A stretch of DNA of 64,000 nt from sequence record PZ445521.1; one strand, 5' to 3'. The position numbers and the translations under genes are program-made. Under the pieces are notes generated by a model, which worked only from the letters and a program-made list of their open reading frames with translations, did not search any database and was not told the DNA's origin. This stretch comes from a phage. Below, in pieces: positions 9,946 through 19,229 of the stretch (within the stretch, counting starts at the first letter, position 1; each line of letters begins with the position of its first letter).

Positions 9946-11763
9946 CTGGCTCATCCATTCTTTACGAAGGTCAGCATTATCTCCCATGAGCATTTCAAAA
10001 AGCTCTTTCCAGTTCTCAGGAAGTTTAACAACATCATATACTGGATTTTGAATCATCTCACGATATTCAGATTTTTCCAAAGAGCCAAGTCCCTTAATAT
10101 AACGGATGCTATGTTTAGGTAGAGCATCTTTGGCACTCTCATATTCAGCGACTGTATAAAACCATTCTTGTTTTTTACCGACCTGAGCGATGATTACAGG
10201 AGTTTTGACAAAGCGAATTCGTCCTTGCTCAAACAATTCTGGCCAATTACTAAAAAACCCGAGCAGAGAAGGATAAATGCTTCCTAGACCATCATGGTCA
10301 GCATCGGTCATAATAGCAATATTATGATAATTCAAGTTTTCAGCTTTTTCACCAAGAACTAATCCAGTGATTGCGCAAATATCAAACAGTTCTTTGTTTT
10401 TAAGCATATCAGCATATGACATACCCCAACTGTTGAGAACTTTACCACGCAATGGATAACCACCATGAAGTTCTTTATCACGAACATCAATAAGATATCC
10501 GATAGCAGAATCACCCTCAGTCAAGAAAAGAGTAGTATCAGCATCTTTACCACAAAGATTCGCTTTGATATGTTTATGAACCTTAGCTTTAGAAGCCTTT
10601 TTAGCTGCTTTAGTTTCTGCTGCTTTTTCTGCTGCCAATTTACGGGCCAAGGCAGCTTCAATAATCGGCATTAAAATTGCTTCATTATTTAGAATAGCGC
10701 GTGAAATCTTTTTAGCATCAAGTTGAATATGACTACGAATTTCACCAAAAGGAGAAGTAAGTCGTTCTTTAGTTTGAGAATCAAATCGCATGTTTTTCAT
10801 ATCACGGACAAACATAACGATAGTCAAACATTCTTTAACGCGTGCTTTAGTTACATCAATTTTGAACTTACGTTTGATTTGTGGAATAAGGTCTTCACAA
10901 ATATCATCCATAACACAGTCAATGTGATGGCCACCATTCTTAGTGTGAATGTTATTCACATAAGTTAATTGGCGAAATCCATCCGGTGAACGACCAACCG
11001 CAATAGAACAATTTTCTTGTTCTTGAACAATAGCATGTTCATCATACTGTCGTGCATATTTCTTAAAATTGCCCTGAACCTTTTTACCATTAAAGGTAAA
11101 TTGAATATCAGGATAAACAACAGCAAGTGTCTGGAGACGATCTAGTGTAATGTCAAGATAAACTTGGGACAGCTCATTAGTTTCAAATGACATAAAATCA
11201 GGAATGAAAGTAACACGGGTTCCTTTCCATTTTCCTGGAATAGTTTCCCATGATTTATTTTCCATGCCATTTGAACAACGAACTACAATATTATTTTGAC
11301 CATCGCCAGTTTCACCGACAAACATCACAGAAAAAATGTTAGTTAAACTAGAACCAACACCATTCATACCACCGGTGACACGTTCTTTATCATCACCGAA
11401 GTTACCACCCGCTTTTGGAATAGTCCAAGCAGCAACTGGACCAGGAATTTCTTCACCGGTAGGTGTTTTAACCATCGCTTGTGGAATACCGCGACCGTTA
11501 TCTTCAACTGTTACCTGATTATTTTTAATGGTAACATTAATTTTATTCGCGAATTTAAACTTAGTACGAATACCTTCATCGACTGAGTTATCGATAATTT
11601 CATCAATAAGCTTAACAAGACCAGGTACATACTGAACACTTTCCCATTTACCAAACAGAAAGCGCTCATGCATTTCATTAGCAGAAGAGCCAATATACAT
11701 GCCGCTACGCTTTTTGATATGTTCAATATCGCTCAGAATTTTAATTTCATTCTTAATCATCAC
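9943..11763 (-). CDS. 39: topoisomerase II large subunit (GyrB-like), single 606-aa ORF
   Basis: GHKL ATPase-type sequence (GGMNGVGSSL) plus TOPRIM-like region in one continuous ORF; T4 splits this into genes 39 and 60. Confidence 0.92.
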   Translation of the reverse strand: MMIKNEIKILSDIEHIKKRSGMYIGSSANEMHERFLFGKWESVQYVPGLVKLIDEIIDNSVDEGIRTKFKFANKINVTIKNNQVTVEDNGRGIPQAMVKTPTGEEIPGPVAAWTIPKAGGNFGDDKERVTGGMNGVGSSLTNIFSVMFVGETGDGQNNIVVRCSNGMENKSWETIPGKWKGTRVTFIPDFMSFETNELSQVYLDITLDRLQTLAVVYPDIQFTFNGKKVQGNFKKYARQYDEHAIVQEQENCSIAVGRSPDGFRQLTYVNNIHTKNGGHHIDCVMDDICEDLIPQIKRKFKIDVTKARVKECLTIVMFVRDMKNMRFDSQTKERLTSPFGEIRSHIQLDAKKISRAILNNEAILMPIIEAALARKLAAEKAAETKAAKKASKAKVHKHIKANLCGKDADTTLFLTEGDSAIGYLIDVRDKELHGGYPLRGKVLNSWGMSYADMLKNKELFDICAITGLVLGEKAENLNYHNIAIMTDADHDGLGSIYPSLLGFFSNWPELFEQGRIRFVKTPVIIAQVGKKQEWFYTVAEYESAKDALPKHSIRYIKGLGSLEKSEYREMIQNPVYDVVKLPENWKELFEMLMGDNADLRKEWMSQ

Positions 11764-11784
11764 TTATCCTCGTTTGGTTTCGGG

Positions 11785-11815
11785 AATATTATACTCCAGT
11801 AATCATAAAGCTAAA
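11785..11815 (-). promoter_or_regulatory. middle promoter-like (MotA-box-like AGCTTTA, 12 bp, TATAAT)
   Basis: Plus-strand taaagct 11806-11812 and attata 11788-11793; upstream of the gene 39 start. Confidence 0.5.
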
Positions 11816-11830
11816 GGCCCGAAGGCCTTT

Positions 11831-12100
11831 TTATTTAAAACGAATAGTTGAATCCTTAAAGAACAGCCCAGAACATACTGTTCCTTCTACTTTCTGCCCG
11901 GTAGGTCCAACAGCACGAAATCCAGTATGTTGGAAATCATTTTCAGAGCAACCGAACCAGTTATATCCAGTGATTTCAATATTCGTAAAACCACTCGATG
12001 ATAAAATTTTAGTTGCATTATCAGCATCAGTACATCCTACTAAAGATACTGCTAATACTAATGCTGCGATAGAACGATTAACATATTTCATAATTTTCAC
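11831..12100 (-). CDS. putative lipoprotein, 89 aa
   Basis: Signal peptide with lipobox LVGC; ORF track. Confidence 0.55.
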   Translation of the reverse strand: MKIMKYVNRSIAALVLAVSLVGCTDADNATKILSSSGFTNIEITGYNWFGCSENDFQHTGFRAVGPTGQKVEGTVCSGLFFKDSTIRFK

Positions 12101-12468
12101 TTAAATTTAATGGCTTGAAGGAGACTAATAATTCTTAAACGGCTTCTTTCATCTTTAACTGTAAAAGAAAGAGGATCGCCAGATTTCATAGTGATAGTGC
12201 ATTCAAAATCAAAATCTTCGGAAACTTCTTTGAAGAAGTCAAATTCTTCATCATAAATTAGAACATTACTCTGACAACTATGAAGAATTTTTCCATCATT
12301 TCCAGATGCTGTACTAATCATTGTAACATTATGACCTTTCATATCTTCAACGATAAATTCACTAGTCAATATTACAGCATTAATAGAACTATTCCTATTA
12401 CTAGCAGAAAGTAGATATTTCTGTTCTTCACCTTCACGAATGCGATATTTCTTACCAATTTTAAACAT
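12097..12468 (-). CDS. hypothetical protein, 123 aa
   Basis: ORF track; 4-nt overlap coupling. Confidence 0.5.
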   Translation of the reverse strand: MFKIGKKYRIREGEEQKYLLSASNRNSSINAVILTSEFIVEDMKGHNVTMISTASGNDGKILHSCQSNVLIYDEEFDFFKEVSEDFDFECTITMKSGDPLSFTVKDERSRLRIISLLQAIKFK

Positions 12469-12470
12469 AA

Positions 12471-12647
12471 TTACCCTTTAAGTAAGTCGTAAAAACCACC
12501 ATTCACATGCTTAGGAGCAGAAGGCCGACGAGTAGACAAACGATGACATTTAGGGCAAACATCATTTTCTCGTTCAGAAATCTTTTTAATTTTTTCATAT
12601 TCATGCCCGCAATCTTCGGATTGGCATTTATAATCATACATTGGCAT
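12471..12647 (-). CDS. FmdB-like zinc-ribbon protein, 58 aa
   Basis: Read from DNA: MPMYDYKCQSEDCGHEYEKIKKISERENDVCPKCHRLSTRRPSAPKHVNGGFYDLLKG; two CxxC pairs; AAGGAATAATT-ATG start. Confidence 0.5.
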   Translation of the reverse strand: MPMYDYKCQSEDCGHEYEKIKKISERENDVCPKCHRLSTRRPSAPKHVNGGFYDLLKG

Positions 12648-12649
12648 AA

Positions 12650-13075
12650 TTATTCCTTAAAGTGTGCTTTCAACATTTGATACAAGGACCATGCCTGTTC
12701 ATTATTTTCAATAGTAACTTTCATGACAGGAAATTCTGTGAAATCTTCTATTTGTTCTTGCTCTTTCTCTTCCTGCTCTTGCTCTTCAGCTGCCTGGTAT
12801 GGATTTTCAACTTCATCAAAGAATTCAGCTTCGCTAGTAGAAAGCCAAATAAAATCTTCATCCAAAATATCTTTACCGGAGGATAATGCCAATCTTCCAG
12901 TAGATGACATAATTTTAGTTGGACGACCAAGATAGTCAATATCTATAACTTTAAAAGGTTCCATACCTAAACGTCGTGCATAAATTCCGTTTTCAGTATG
13001 GTCTTTAATAAAAGCTTCTTGAGCTTGTTTATTTTTAAATTGATACCATTTATTAACTTCAAATCTAATAGCCAT
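12650..13075 (-). CDS. GoF-like protein, 141 aa
   Basis: Length matches T4 goF and position is downstream of gene 39; acidic repeat region. Confidence 0.55.
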   Translation of the reverse strand: MAIRFEVNKWYQFKNKQAQEAFIKDHTENGIYARRLGMEPFKVIDIDYLGRPTKIMSSTGRLALSSGKDILDEDFIWLSTSEAEFFDEVENPYQAAEEQEQEEKEQEQIEDFTEFPVMKVTIENNEQAWSLYQMLKAHFKE

Positions 13076-13290
13076 TAATAAATTTCCTTCCAGTAAGTTG
13101 TACCGTCTTCAGTGATTTCACGGAATACACCGTAAATCGGTTGTTTATCACCAACCTTTTCATACACATAAACCGAAGTCAAGTGAGTAAACTTGATGGT
13201 GTGTTCCTTTTGAACTACTACCAAATCTGGATTGAATAATACATCTTCAAATTCGTCATTAGTGCAGTTCTGAACAATTTTACGTTTCAT
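13075..13290 (-). CDS. Cef-like protein, 71 aa
   Basis: Length and position match T4 cef; ORF track. Confidence 0.5.
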   Translation of the reverse strand: MKRKIVQNCTNDEFEDVLFNPDLVVVQKEHTIKFTHLTSVYVYEKVGDKQPIYGVFREITEDGTTYWKEIY

Positions 13291-13303
13291 TACAATTTCC
13301 TCA

Positions 13304-13585
13304 TTAATTGAACAGTGGAGCGATGCGTTTCAGAAGAGTAGCAGCACCTTTGGCAAATTTTACATCATGAAAAACAGTTTCTTCTTCCGTTACAACACGA
13401 GCTTTAATGTTTTCACAATCCCAATTTTTGCGAACAATCTTCAAAAGCTGCAGTAAATCTTTACATTCAGCAATATCAATAACACATCCACGAGAATCTT
13501 CCATTATCGCACGATAACCGTAAGCCATACCATAATCATTAAAAGATTGCTCGATGATAATTAAGTTTTCCATTTTATTCTCCAA
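13304..13585 (-). CDS. hypothetical protein, 93 aa
   Basis: ORF track; preceded by promoter cassette. Confidence 0.5.
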   Translation of the reverse strand: MENKMENLIIIEQSFNDYGMAYGYRAIMEDSRGCVIDIAECKDLLQLLKIVRKNWDCENIKARVVTEEETVFHDVKFAKGAATLLKRIAPLFN

Positions 13586-13609
13586 GTTATTTTCTGTATC
13601 AGTAGTTGA

Positions 13610-13648
13610 TATTGATATAGTACCATAATCAACTACTGATGTATATAG
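13610..13648 (-). promoter_or_regulatory. early promoter cassette variant (weak -35 TATACA) with flanking inverted repeat
   Basis: atagta 13617-13622; 17-bp spacer; cagtagttgat ... atcaactactg inverted repeat flanks the -10. Confidence 0.45.
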
Positions 13649-13670
13649 TTTTATGAAAAAATTTTAAACT

Positions 13671-14162
13671 TTATGCATAGCGAGCTTTGCTGTAGTGTTT
13701 AATCCAACTTTCAGGAATGACTTTGTATGTTCCTAAAAATACCGCGTTGTATAACTTAACGCCATCTTCTACCCATTGATCGGTAATGTATGCACACATA
13801 GCGCGAGTACGGTTAACAACACCTTCCTCACCTTCAGTAAATTCAAACTCATAAGGAGCAACGAACTTGATAGCTTGACCGAGTTTCCACTTAAAGTCTA
13901 CACCTACATGCGAAGTATCAATCGTTTCAATTCCTTTAGCGGGAACAGCTTTCAAAAACGCAGGCTCAAGAAATTTCCATCGAACATAACCAAACTGAGG
14001 TTTAGACATTCCATCTTTAGGAATGATACGCACTTTTACTTCAGAATCTTCATCTTTAACACCATGTTTAAGCTGAATGCTTACGACTTCAACCAATTTT
14101 CCTGCTGCCTTAGAACGGGATTTATCAGATACACGAGCAATTTCACCGATATTAATATTCAT
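13671..14162 (-). CDS. MotB-like protein, 163 aa
   Basis: Length close to T4 MotB (162 aa); early promoter upstream; paralog of the next ORF. Confidence 0.55.
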   Translation of the reverse strand: MNINIGEIARVSDKSRSKAAGKLVEVVSIQLKHGVKDEDSEVKVRIIPKDGMSKPQFGYVRWKFLEPAFLKAVPAKGIETIDTSHVGVDFKWKLGQAIKFVAPYEFEFTEGEEGVVNRTRAMCAYITDQWVEDGVKLYNAVFLGTYKVIPESWIKHYSKARYA

Positions 14163-14199
14163 AATTATCTCTCACTTGTTAAAAAGATTTTATACTCCA

Positions 14200-14240
14200 C
14201 AGGACCATTATACTCTGGTCCCAAGAGTTTGTAAACTAGC
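14200..14240 (-). promoter_or_regulatory. early promoter (-35 TTTACA, -10 TATAAT)
   Basis: tgtaaa 14230-14235, attata 14207-14212, 17-bp spacer. Confidence 0.55.
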
Positions 14241-14739
14241 TTACACGAACATTAATCACTGCGCTACGAGGAACTACAGAGTATTCTCCAGCATGAACTA
14301 CGTTCAGAAGTTCAACGCCATCTTCAATCCACTGGTCAGTTACCCAACCACCGACCGGATTCGCGAATGGACGACGAATGTAAACCGCCTTACACAACAA
14401 ATCAGTCGGGTCTTCAATTTTTTCAACTGGTGCCACATACATAGAAACTAAATCCATATCAATATGGAATTTTTCCTGTTCTTCTTTTTCAATTTCTGTC
14501 AATAGACTAAAATCTTTTTCATAAATAATAAGCGATGACACCATTCCATAATAGTTTCTAATTTCAATATACATCATGCCGATAAGAATTCCGCTATTAA
14601 CACTAATAACAGTAAAAGGATATCCGCCAGTTAAAGCAAGAAGTTCACAAAACTTATTATGAGCTGTATTAGACAGTACCGGAAAATTCTTAATTTCATC
14701 AAATTTTTTCAATTGATAAACAGCATTATTTTTAATCAT
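14236..14739 (-). CDS. MotB-like paralog, 167 aa
   Basis: Shares YITDQWVEDGVKLYNAVFLGTYKVIPESW / WVTDQWIEDGVELLNVVHAGEYSVVPRSA with the 13671-14162 ORF. Confidence 0.55.
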   Translation of the reverse strand: MIKNNAVYQLKKFDEIKNFPVLSNTAHNKFCELLALTGGYPFTVISVNSGILIGMMYIEIRNYYGMVSSLIIYEKDFSLLTEIEKEEQEKFHIDMDLVSMYVAPVEKIEDPTDLLCKAVYIRRPFANPVGGWVTDQWIEDGVELLNVVHAGEYSVVPRSAVINVRVS

Positions 14740-14749
14740 AATTTTCTCT

Positions 14750-15253
14750 TTAATCTAAGGTAATAAAGCCTTTTAGTTCGGCATGAGATTTGCGGAACAT
14801 TACTTGATGCCCGCCAACGATAACTTGGTCATCTGGTACTTCGTATACAGCAAGATAAAATCCTTTAGAAGCTAATTCTTCACGCTCTTCTCGTGTGAAC
14901 CATCTCATCATATCATATTCGCTAGCGAAAGCAAAATGATAAAGAGCTATAAACCATCCTGGAATATAGTGATCTACGCCTACATATTCTTCTTTCTCAA
15001 AATTAGTATTAATTGCTATATTAGCATTTTTAACTAATAATTTGTCTTCATGCGGCACAGGAATTCTTTTATTATCATTACTATGATGCATAAAATTGGG
15101 TCTGTCATAACCTACGCGTAATAACCACTCTTCACTCCATGAATCTATTATACTCCTGTACGGAGTTATTTGAACACAAAGATCTCGACGTATTGTTATA
15201 GCATCTTCATAATTAAGAATACTAAACGATGATTCAACACGATAAATTTTCAT
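14750..15253 (-). CDS. hypothetical protein, 167 aa
   Basis: ORF track; promoter cassette upstream. Confidence 0.55.
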   Translation of the reverse strand: MKIYRVESSFSILNYEDAITIRRDLCVQITPYRSIIDSWSEEWLLRVGYDRPNFMHHSNDNKRIPVPHEDKLLVKNANIAINTNFEKEEYVGVDHYIPGWFIALYHFAFASEYDMMRWFTREEREELASKGFYLAVYEVPDDQVIVGGHQVMFRKSHAELKGFITLD

Positions 15254-15274
15254 TTTATTATCCTCAGTAGCTAT

Positions 15275-15312
15275 GGTGTTATAATACCATAACTAACCGA
15301 GGAAGTAAACAA
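15275..15312 (-). promoter_or_regulatory. early promoter (-35 TTTACT, -10 TATTAT)
   Basis: agtaaa 15303-15308, ataata 15280-15285, 17-bp spacer. Confidence 0.55.
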
Positions 15313-15316
15313 CTTT

Positions 15317-16000
15317 TTATCGTTTTGTTGGAAGAGATAGAGGATCGCACTCTTCCTCTGACGGAGCATCTTCAAGACCCATAGCATAGCGCAAAGCATA
15401 CTTCATCATCAGGATGTCTTTCGCACAGTCATGAATAGAATCATGCGCAACGAATCCATCTAAAGTTCCTTTTGGAAGAGGACACGTGGTCATATCACGA
15501 ACAAGGAGAAGTGCTTCAATTCTGGTACGAATATCACGCTGATTCCAAAATTTACAAGGTTCTAACTTAAATGTATCAAGCTCATTCTCGGAAACGCCGT
15601 TAAGACGTTGAATATCGCGAATGAGATCGACTAAAATTGGAAAATCAAAAGACATTCCACGGCACCAGCCTTGAGATTTCCAAGGATCGATATTATGCGC
15701 ATTGATGTAATCATTAAATTTTGCAATACCATCGATAGTGCTTACATCTTCATCTGATGGCGCAATATTTTTTCGAGCTTCAGGAGATTGATTCTTCCAC
15801 CATTCGATAGTGCTTTTAGTAAAAAGACGATGTCCTTTTTGGCTTTTTAAATCAAATTTGATTTTAATGCCACGTGAAACTAATTCATCAAATGTTTCAA
15901 CGACTTCTGGATTAGGGTCAAAAGCAATTACAGCCAAATCAATAACAGCTGCTTTTTCACCGCTTCCCATTGTTTCAAAATCTATAATAAAATCAAACAT
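15317..16000 (-). CDS. dexA: exonuclease A (DnaQ-like 3-prime-5-prime exonuclease)
   Basis: 227-aa ORF, same length as T4 DexA; N-terminal DFETMG exonuclease-type motif; synteny with dda. Confidence 0.85.
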   Translation of the reverse strand: MFDFIIDFETMGSGEKAAVIDLAVIAFDPNPEVVETFDELVSRGIKIKFDLKSQKGHRLFTKSTIEWWKNQSPEARKNIAPSDEDVSTIDGIAKFNDYINAHNIDPWKSQGWCRGMSFDFPILVDLIRDIQRLNGVSENELDTFKLEPCKFWNQRDIRTRIEALLLVRDMTTCPLPKGTLDGFVAHDSIHDCAKDILMMKYALRYAMGLEDAPSEEECDPLSLPTKR

Positions 16001-16275
16001 TAAATTTTCCTTGCTAAATCGCGAATTTGACCTACAGTATAATCTTGGATATAAACTTTATTAATAGGCTCATCAATAAATTTTGCCATAGATTCAATAT
16101 CTTTTTGTATCTCTTCAAGACTGTATACTATCTTTAAAGCTTTTTCGCGAATAGTAATATTTTCAGGACTAGAATTTTCCTCAATGACAGCTTTAACATT
16201 TGTCATAAGAGATTTAAACTGATGCAAACTTAATTCAATCATTAATAACCGCCTTATAAAGATGGCTAATTTCAC
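16000..16275 (-). CDS. hypothetical protein, 91 aa (dexA.1/.2-like)
   Basis: ORF track; paralogous to 16235-16495 (LEEIQKDIESMAKF ... DYTVGQIRDLAR versus LEEIERDLIALEFF ... DYVLGEISHLYK); true start may be internal. Confidence 0.45.
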   Translation of the reverse strand: MKLAIFIRRLLMIELSLHQFKSLMTNVKAVIEENSSPENITIREKALKIVYSLEEIQKDIESMAKFIDEPINKVYIQDYTVGQIRDLARKI

Positions 16276-16495
16276 CTAAAACATAATCACTGATTGTGAC
16301 AGTTTTCACTTCACCACAAAAGAATTCTAACGCAATTAAATCTCGTTCAATTTCTTCTAATTGAAGCATTAACTTGCCAGATTCAATTTTTACATTTCTA
16401 CGATTTTTACTATAAGCTATTTCATAAATTTCGCTCACTTTATCTTGAAGCAGATAAAACTGGTCTTTAGTTATTTCCACGAATAGCTTCCTCAA
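16235..16495 (-). CDS. hypothetical protein, 86 aa (paralog)
   Basis: ORF track; paralog of neighbouring small ORF. Confidence 0.45.
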   Translation of the reverse strand: MRKLFVEITKDQFYLLQDKVSEIYEIAYSKNRRNVKIESGKLMLQLEEIERDLIALEFFCGEVKTVTISDYVLGEISHLYKAVIND

Positions 16496-16727
16496 ATTTA
16501 ATTAGTAATTTACAGACACTTTCATCTAGTGTAATTACCGTATCTGTATTACTGTGATATGATTGTTTTTCAATTCGTTTAATTGCTAATATAGTATCAC
16601 TTATAAGATAAAGCTTATGAAGGAGCTCAGCTCCTGTTACCATAACATCGAGATTATCTTGCTTATTAGTATGCTTCCTTATACCATCTATTAGACGATT
16701 TAAATATTTTGAATTAATGTTAATCAT
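16467..16727 (-). CDS. hypothetical protein, 86 aa
   Basis: ORF track. Confidence 0.45.
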   Translation of the reverse strand: MININSKYLNRLIDGIRKHTNKQDNLDVMVTGAELLHKLYLISDTILAIKRIEKQSYHSNTDTVITLDESVCKLLIKFEEAIRGNN

Positions 16728-16733
16728 ATAGCC

Positions 16734-18053
16734 TCACACATAAAACACATCATAACGACCACGTGTTACACCAACATAAAGAAGCTGCTGAGCTAGTTCA
16801 GCATCTGCATAATGAATACAAGGCGTATAAATGAAAGCACGGTCTACAGACATACCCTGGGCTTTATGGAATGTTGATGCAGGAAGTGCTTTCACTTTAC
16901 TAAACTGTGATTTAGCATCCCAAAAATCACTCCACGGAGCCTTTCCGCCTTTATTCCAATTTTTATAAGTTTCTGCCGTTTTACCTAAAAACAGGTTAAA
17001 CTTATATAGCTCTTCATCAGATGAAATTATTTTAATCTTTTCACGATAATATTCATCATCGCCGTAAGTTTCTACTGTTAAATCCCAATGACGAATTAAG
17101 TATTCTCCAGGAACACCACGAGCTTTAACAAACGTTGATGTATACTCTGCTTCTATAATACGAACTAATTGTCCATTATTAAAAATAATTTCTGATACCG
17201 GTTTTCCGTCAATTTTATACGTTTTAATTAACGGTTCTTGCATTACAATAATTTCACCGACAATAAAGTCTTTATCAGTTTCAAAAATCTTTTTGCGAAT
17301 AATATTGTTTAACTTATCAACAGATTTATTCGTAAATGCCATTACGCGATTTTCAAACAAATCATCTAATGATTTTACGATTGAAAAATAATTTACCATA
17401 AAATCACGTAAAGCGGTATCACCAGTAAATCCACGTACTCCATGCCCGTCAACAACTTTATCATAAATCCACTTACCGTTGCGAACATCAGTAGCTACAT
17501 CAATAATAGGAGCATTACTGCGTTTAACTTCAGTAAGTTCACACTGATAAAAATCTTTGTGTGTAAAGAATGGACTGATATAAGCAGTATTTTCTCCTGG
17601 GTCAACAGGTCTAATTTGCTTATTATCGCCTATTCCAATTATAGTACACCACGGTGGAATAGTTGAAAGCAAAATTTTGAAGAGCTTTCTATCATACATT
17701 GACACTTCGTCGCAGATTAATACCCTGCATTTAGCTAAATCTGGTACTTCCTTCTGTTCAAAAAGAACGTTTTCTTCATACGTAACTGGGTTAATTTTAA
17801 GAATACTGTGAATAGTACTCGCTTCTTTCCCTGACAGTTTTGAAAGAATCTTTTTAGCTGCATGAGTAGGAGCTGCTAAAATAATACCAGTTTCACCCGT
17901 AGATATTAAAGCTTCAATGATGAATTTTGTAAGAGTAGTCTTACCAGTACCAGCAGGTCCATTAATAGTTACATGATGTTTCTTTTCTTTAATAGCCCTC
18001 ATAACGATGTTAAAGGCATTTTTCTGGCCTTCTGTCAAATCATCAAATGTCAT
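16734..18053 (-). CDS. dda: Dda DNA helicase (SF1)
   Basis: 439-aa ORF, same length as T4 Dda; Walker A GPAGTGKTT; synteny. Confidence 0.88.
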   Translation of the reverse strand: MTFDDLTEGQKNAFNIVMRAIKEKKHHVTINGPAGTGKTTLTKFIIEALISTGETGIILAAPTHAAKKILSKLSGKEASTIHSILKINPVTYEENVLFEQKEVPDLAKCRVLICDEVSMYDRKLFKILLSTIPPWCTIIGIGDNKQIRPVDPGENTAYISPFFTHKDFYQCELTEVKRSNAPIIDVATDVRNGKWIYDKVVDGHGVRGFTGDTALRDFMVNYFSIVKSLDDLFENRVMAFTNKSVDKLNNIIRKKIFETDKDFIVGEIIVMQEPLIKTYKIDGKPVSEIIFNNGQLVRIIEAEYTSTFVKARGVPGEYLIRHWDLTVETYGDDEYYREKIKIISSDEELYKFNLFLGKTAETYKNWNKGGKAPWSDFWDAKSQFSKVKALPASTFHKAQGMSVDRAFIYTPCIHYADAELAQQLLYVGVTRGRYDVFYV

Positions 18054-18361
18054 CGGAAAGTCCCTGCAATTGGAATACTAACAATACGCCCAGTATCTAG
18101 AATTCGTTGATATAATCTTTGTGTATCTACATCAGGCTTAACATGTTTAACTTCTATTTTATTAAACCAAAACTTGCGTGGAGTCTCAACTAGTCTTGGA
18201 ATTCCCATACCTAAAGCTAGTTTATATTGGTCTTTGAGAGTAGTAAAAACTCTATCAGCAATCTCTCTTTCAAAAAACACAGCAGGACGATGTTCATCAA
18301 GTGGAACTGGCGCCGTAAATCCGTCTTTGTCTCGGTAAACTATCGCGTATACATAAACCAT
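18050..18361 (-). CDS. hypothetical protein, 103 aa (dda.1-like)
   Basis: ORF track; 4-nt overlap with dda. Confidence 0.5.
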   Translation of the reverse strand: MVYVYAIVYRDKDGFTAPVPLDEHRPAVFFEREIADRVFTTLKDQYKLALGMGIPRLVETPRKFWFNKIEVKHVKPDVDTQRLYQRILDTGRIVSIPIAGTFR

Positions 18362-18362
18362 A

Positions 18363-19109
18363 TTATCCTCGGATAAGTTTAAACATTGAACAATTTAGCG
18401 GGTATCCTCTTTTCAGTTTAAGTTTATCAATAAAAGACAAATTTTGATACCGCTCTACACCTTGAATAATTTTATCACACATATCATATTGCATTTCTGC
18501 TTCTGACAGCTTTTTCACAATTTTCCAATCCGAGCCTTTAAGAAGAACGTTCAATTTAACAACTTCAGCGCCTTCTGCTATGCGAGAACCATCAATACGT
18601 GCTTTAAGTGCTATAATCCTTAGCTTAATGTCAGAGGTCTGTTTTGATTTAGAAAGCTGAGAAATGTGTTCAATTCGGTTTTCACGTTTTTTCTGTATAG
18701 CTTTAATTTGATTATAAGTCTTTTTGATTTTAGCCCATTTCTTTTCATCTAAATTTAGTTTATGAACTTTTTTCGCAGATGAACGACCAATTCGCAAAGC
18801 AAACAAATCACGTTTTTCAATTAACTCCTCTAAAGTATAATCAGAACGAAATGTATTATACTTTTTCTTTACTGCAATAACATTCCCTTTAATGTATCCA
18901 ATGTTATTATCAAAACGTTCTAATGATAATTTCTCTCCTTCAATACGATTATCAAAAGGTTCTCCTGAATAGGCACAAACTTTTTGATCTAAAATATTCT
19001 TAATGTAATTGAAGTCTAAGTTAAAATCTTTAGAACGTCTTTTTGCAGATGCCTGAGTGTGCTCTAAACGACGTTTAATTTTACGAATTTGATTATTAGA
19101 CAGTTTCAT
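18363..19109 (-). CDS. srd: Srd-like protein, 248 aa
   Basis: Length and position (between dda and modA) as for T4 srd; very basic protein. Confidence 0.55.
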   Translation of the reverse strand: MKLSNNQIRKIKRRLEHTQASAKRRSKDFNLDFNYIKNILDQKVCAYSGEPFDNRIEGEKLSLERFDNNIGYIKGNVIAVKKKYNTFRSDYTLEELIEKRDLFALRIGRSSAKKVHKLNLDEKKWAKIKKTYNQIKAIQKKRENRIEHISQLSKSKQTSDIKLRIIALKARIDGSRIAEGAEVVKLNVLLKGSDWKIVKKLSEAEMQYDMCDKIIQGVERYQNLSFIDKLKLKRGYPLNCSMFKLIRG

Positions 19110-19139
19110 ATTTTCTCACATCTTACGGACGATTGACTA

Positions 19140-19175
19140 CTATATTATAACATTTTTACCTTGGCTTGTAAACAA
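19140..19175 (-). promoter_or_regulatory. early promoter (-35 TTTACA, -10 TATAAT)
   Basis: tgtaaa 19167-19172, attata 19144-19149, 17-bp spacer. Confidence 0.55.
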
Positions 19176-19182
19176 TTTTATG

Positions 19183-19212
19183 AAAAATGCTTCAAAAATT
19201 TCATGGTATAAT
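19183..19212 (+). promoter_or_regulatory. plus-strand MotA-box middle-promoter-like element
   Basis: Plus strand aaaaaTGCTTCA (19183-19194), 12 bp, TATAAT (19207-19212); would transcribe antisense into modA. Confidence 0.35.
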
Positions 19213-19229
19213 GAATCTAAGTCCTTCCG

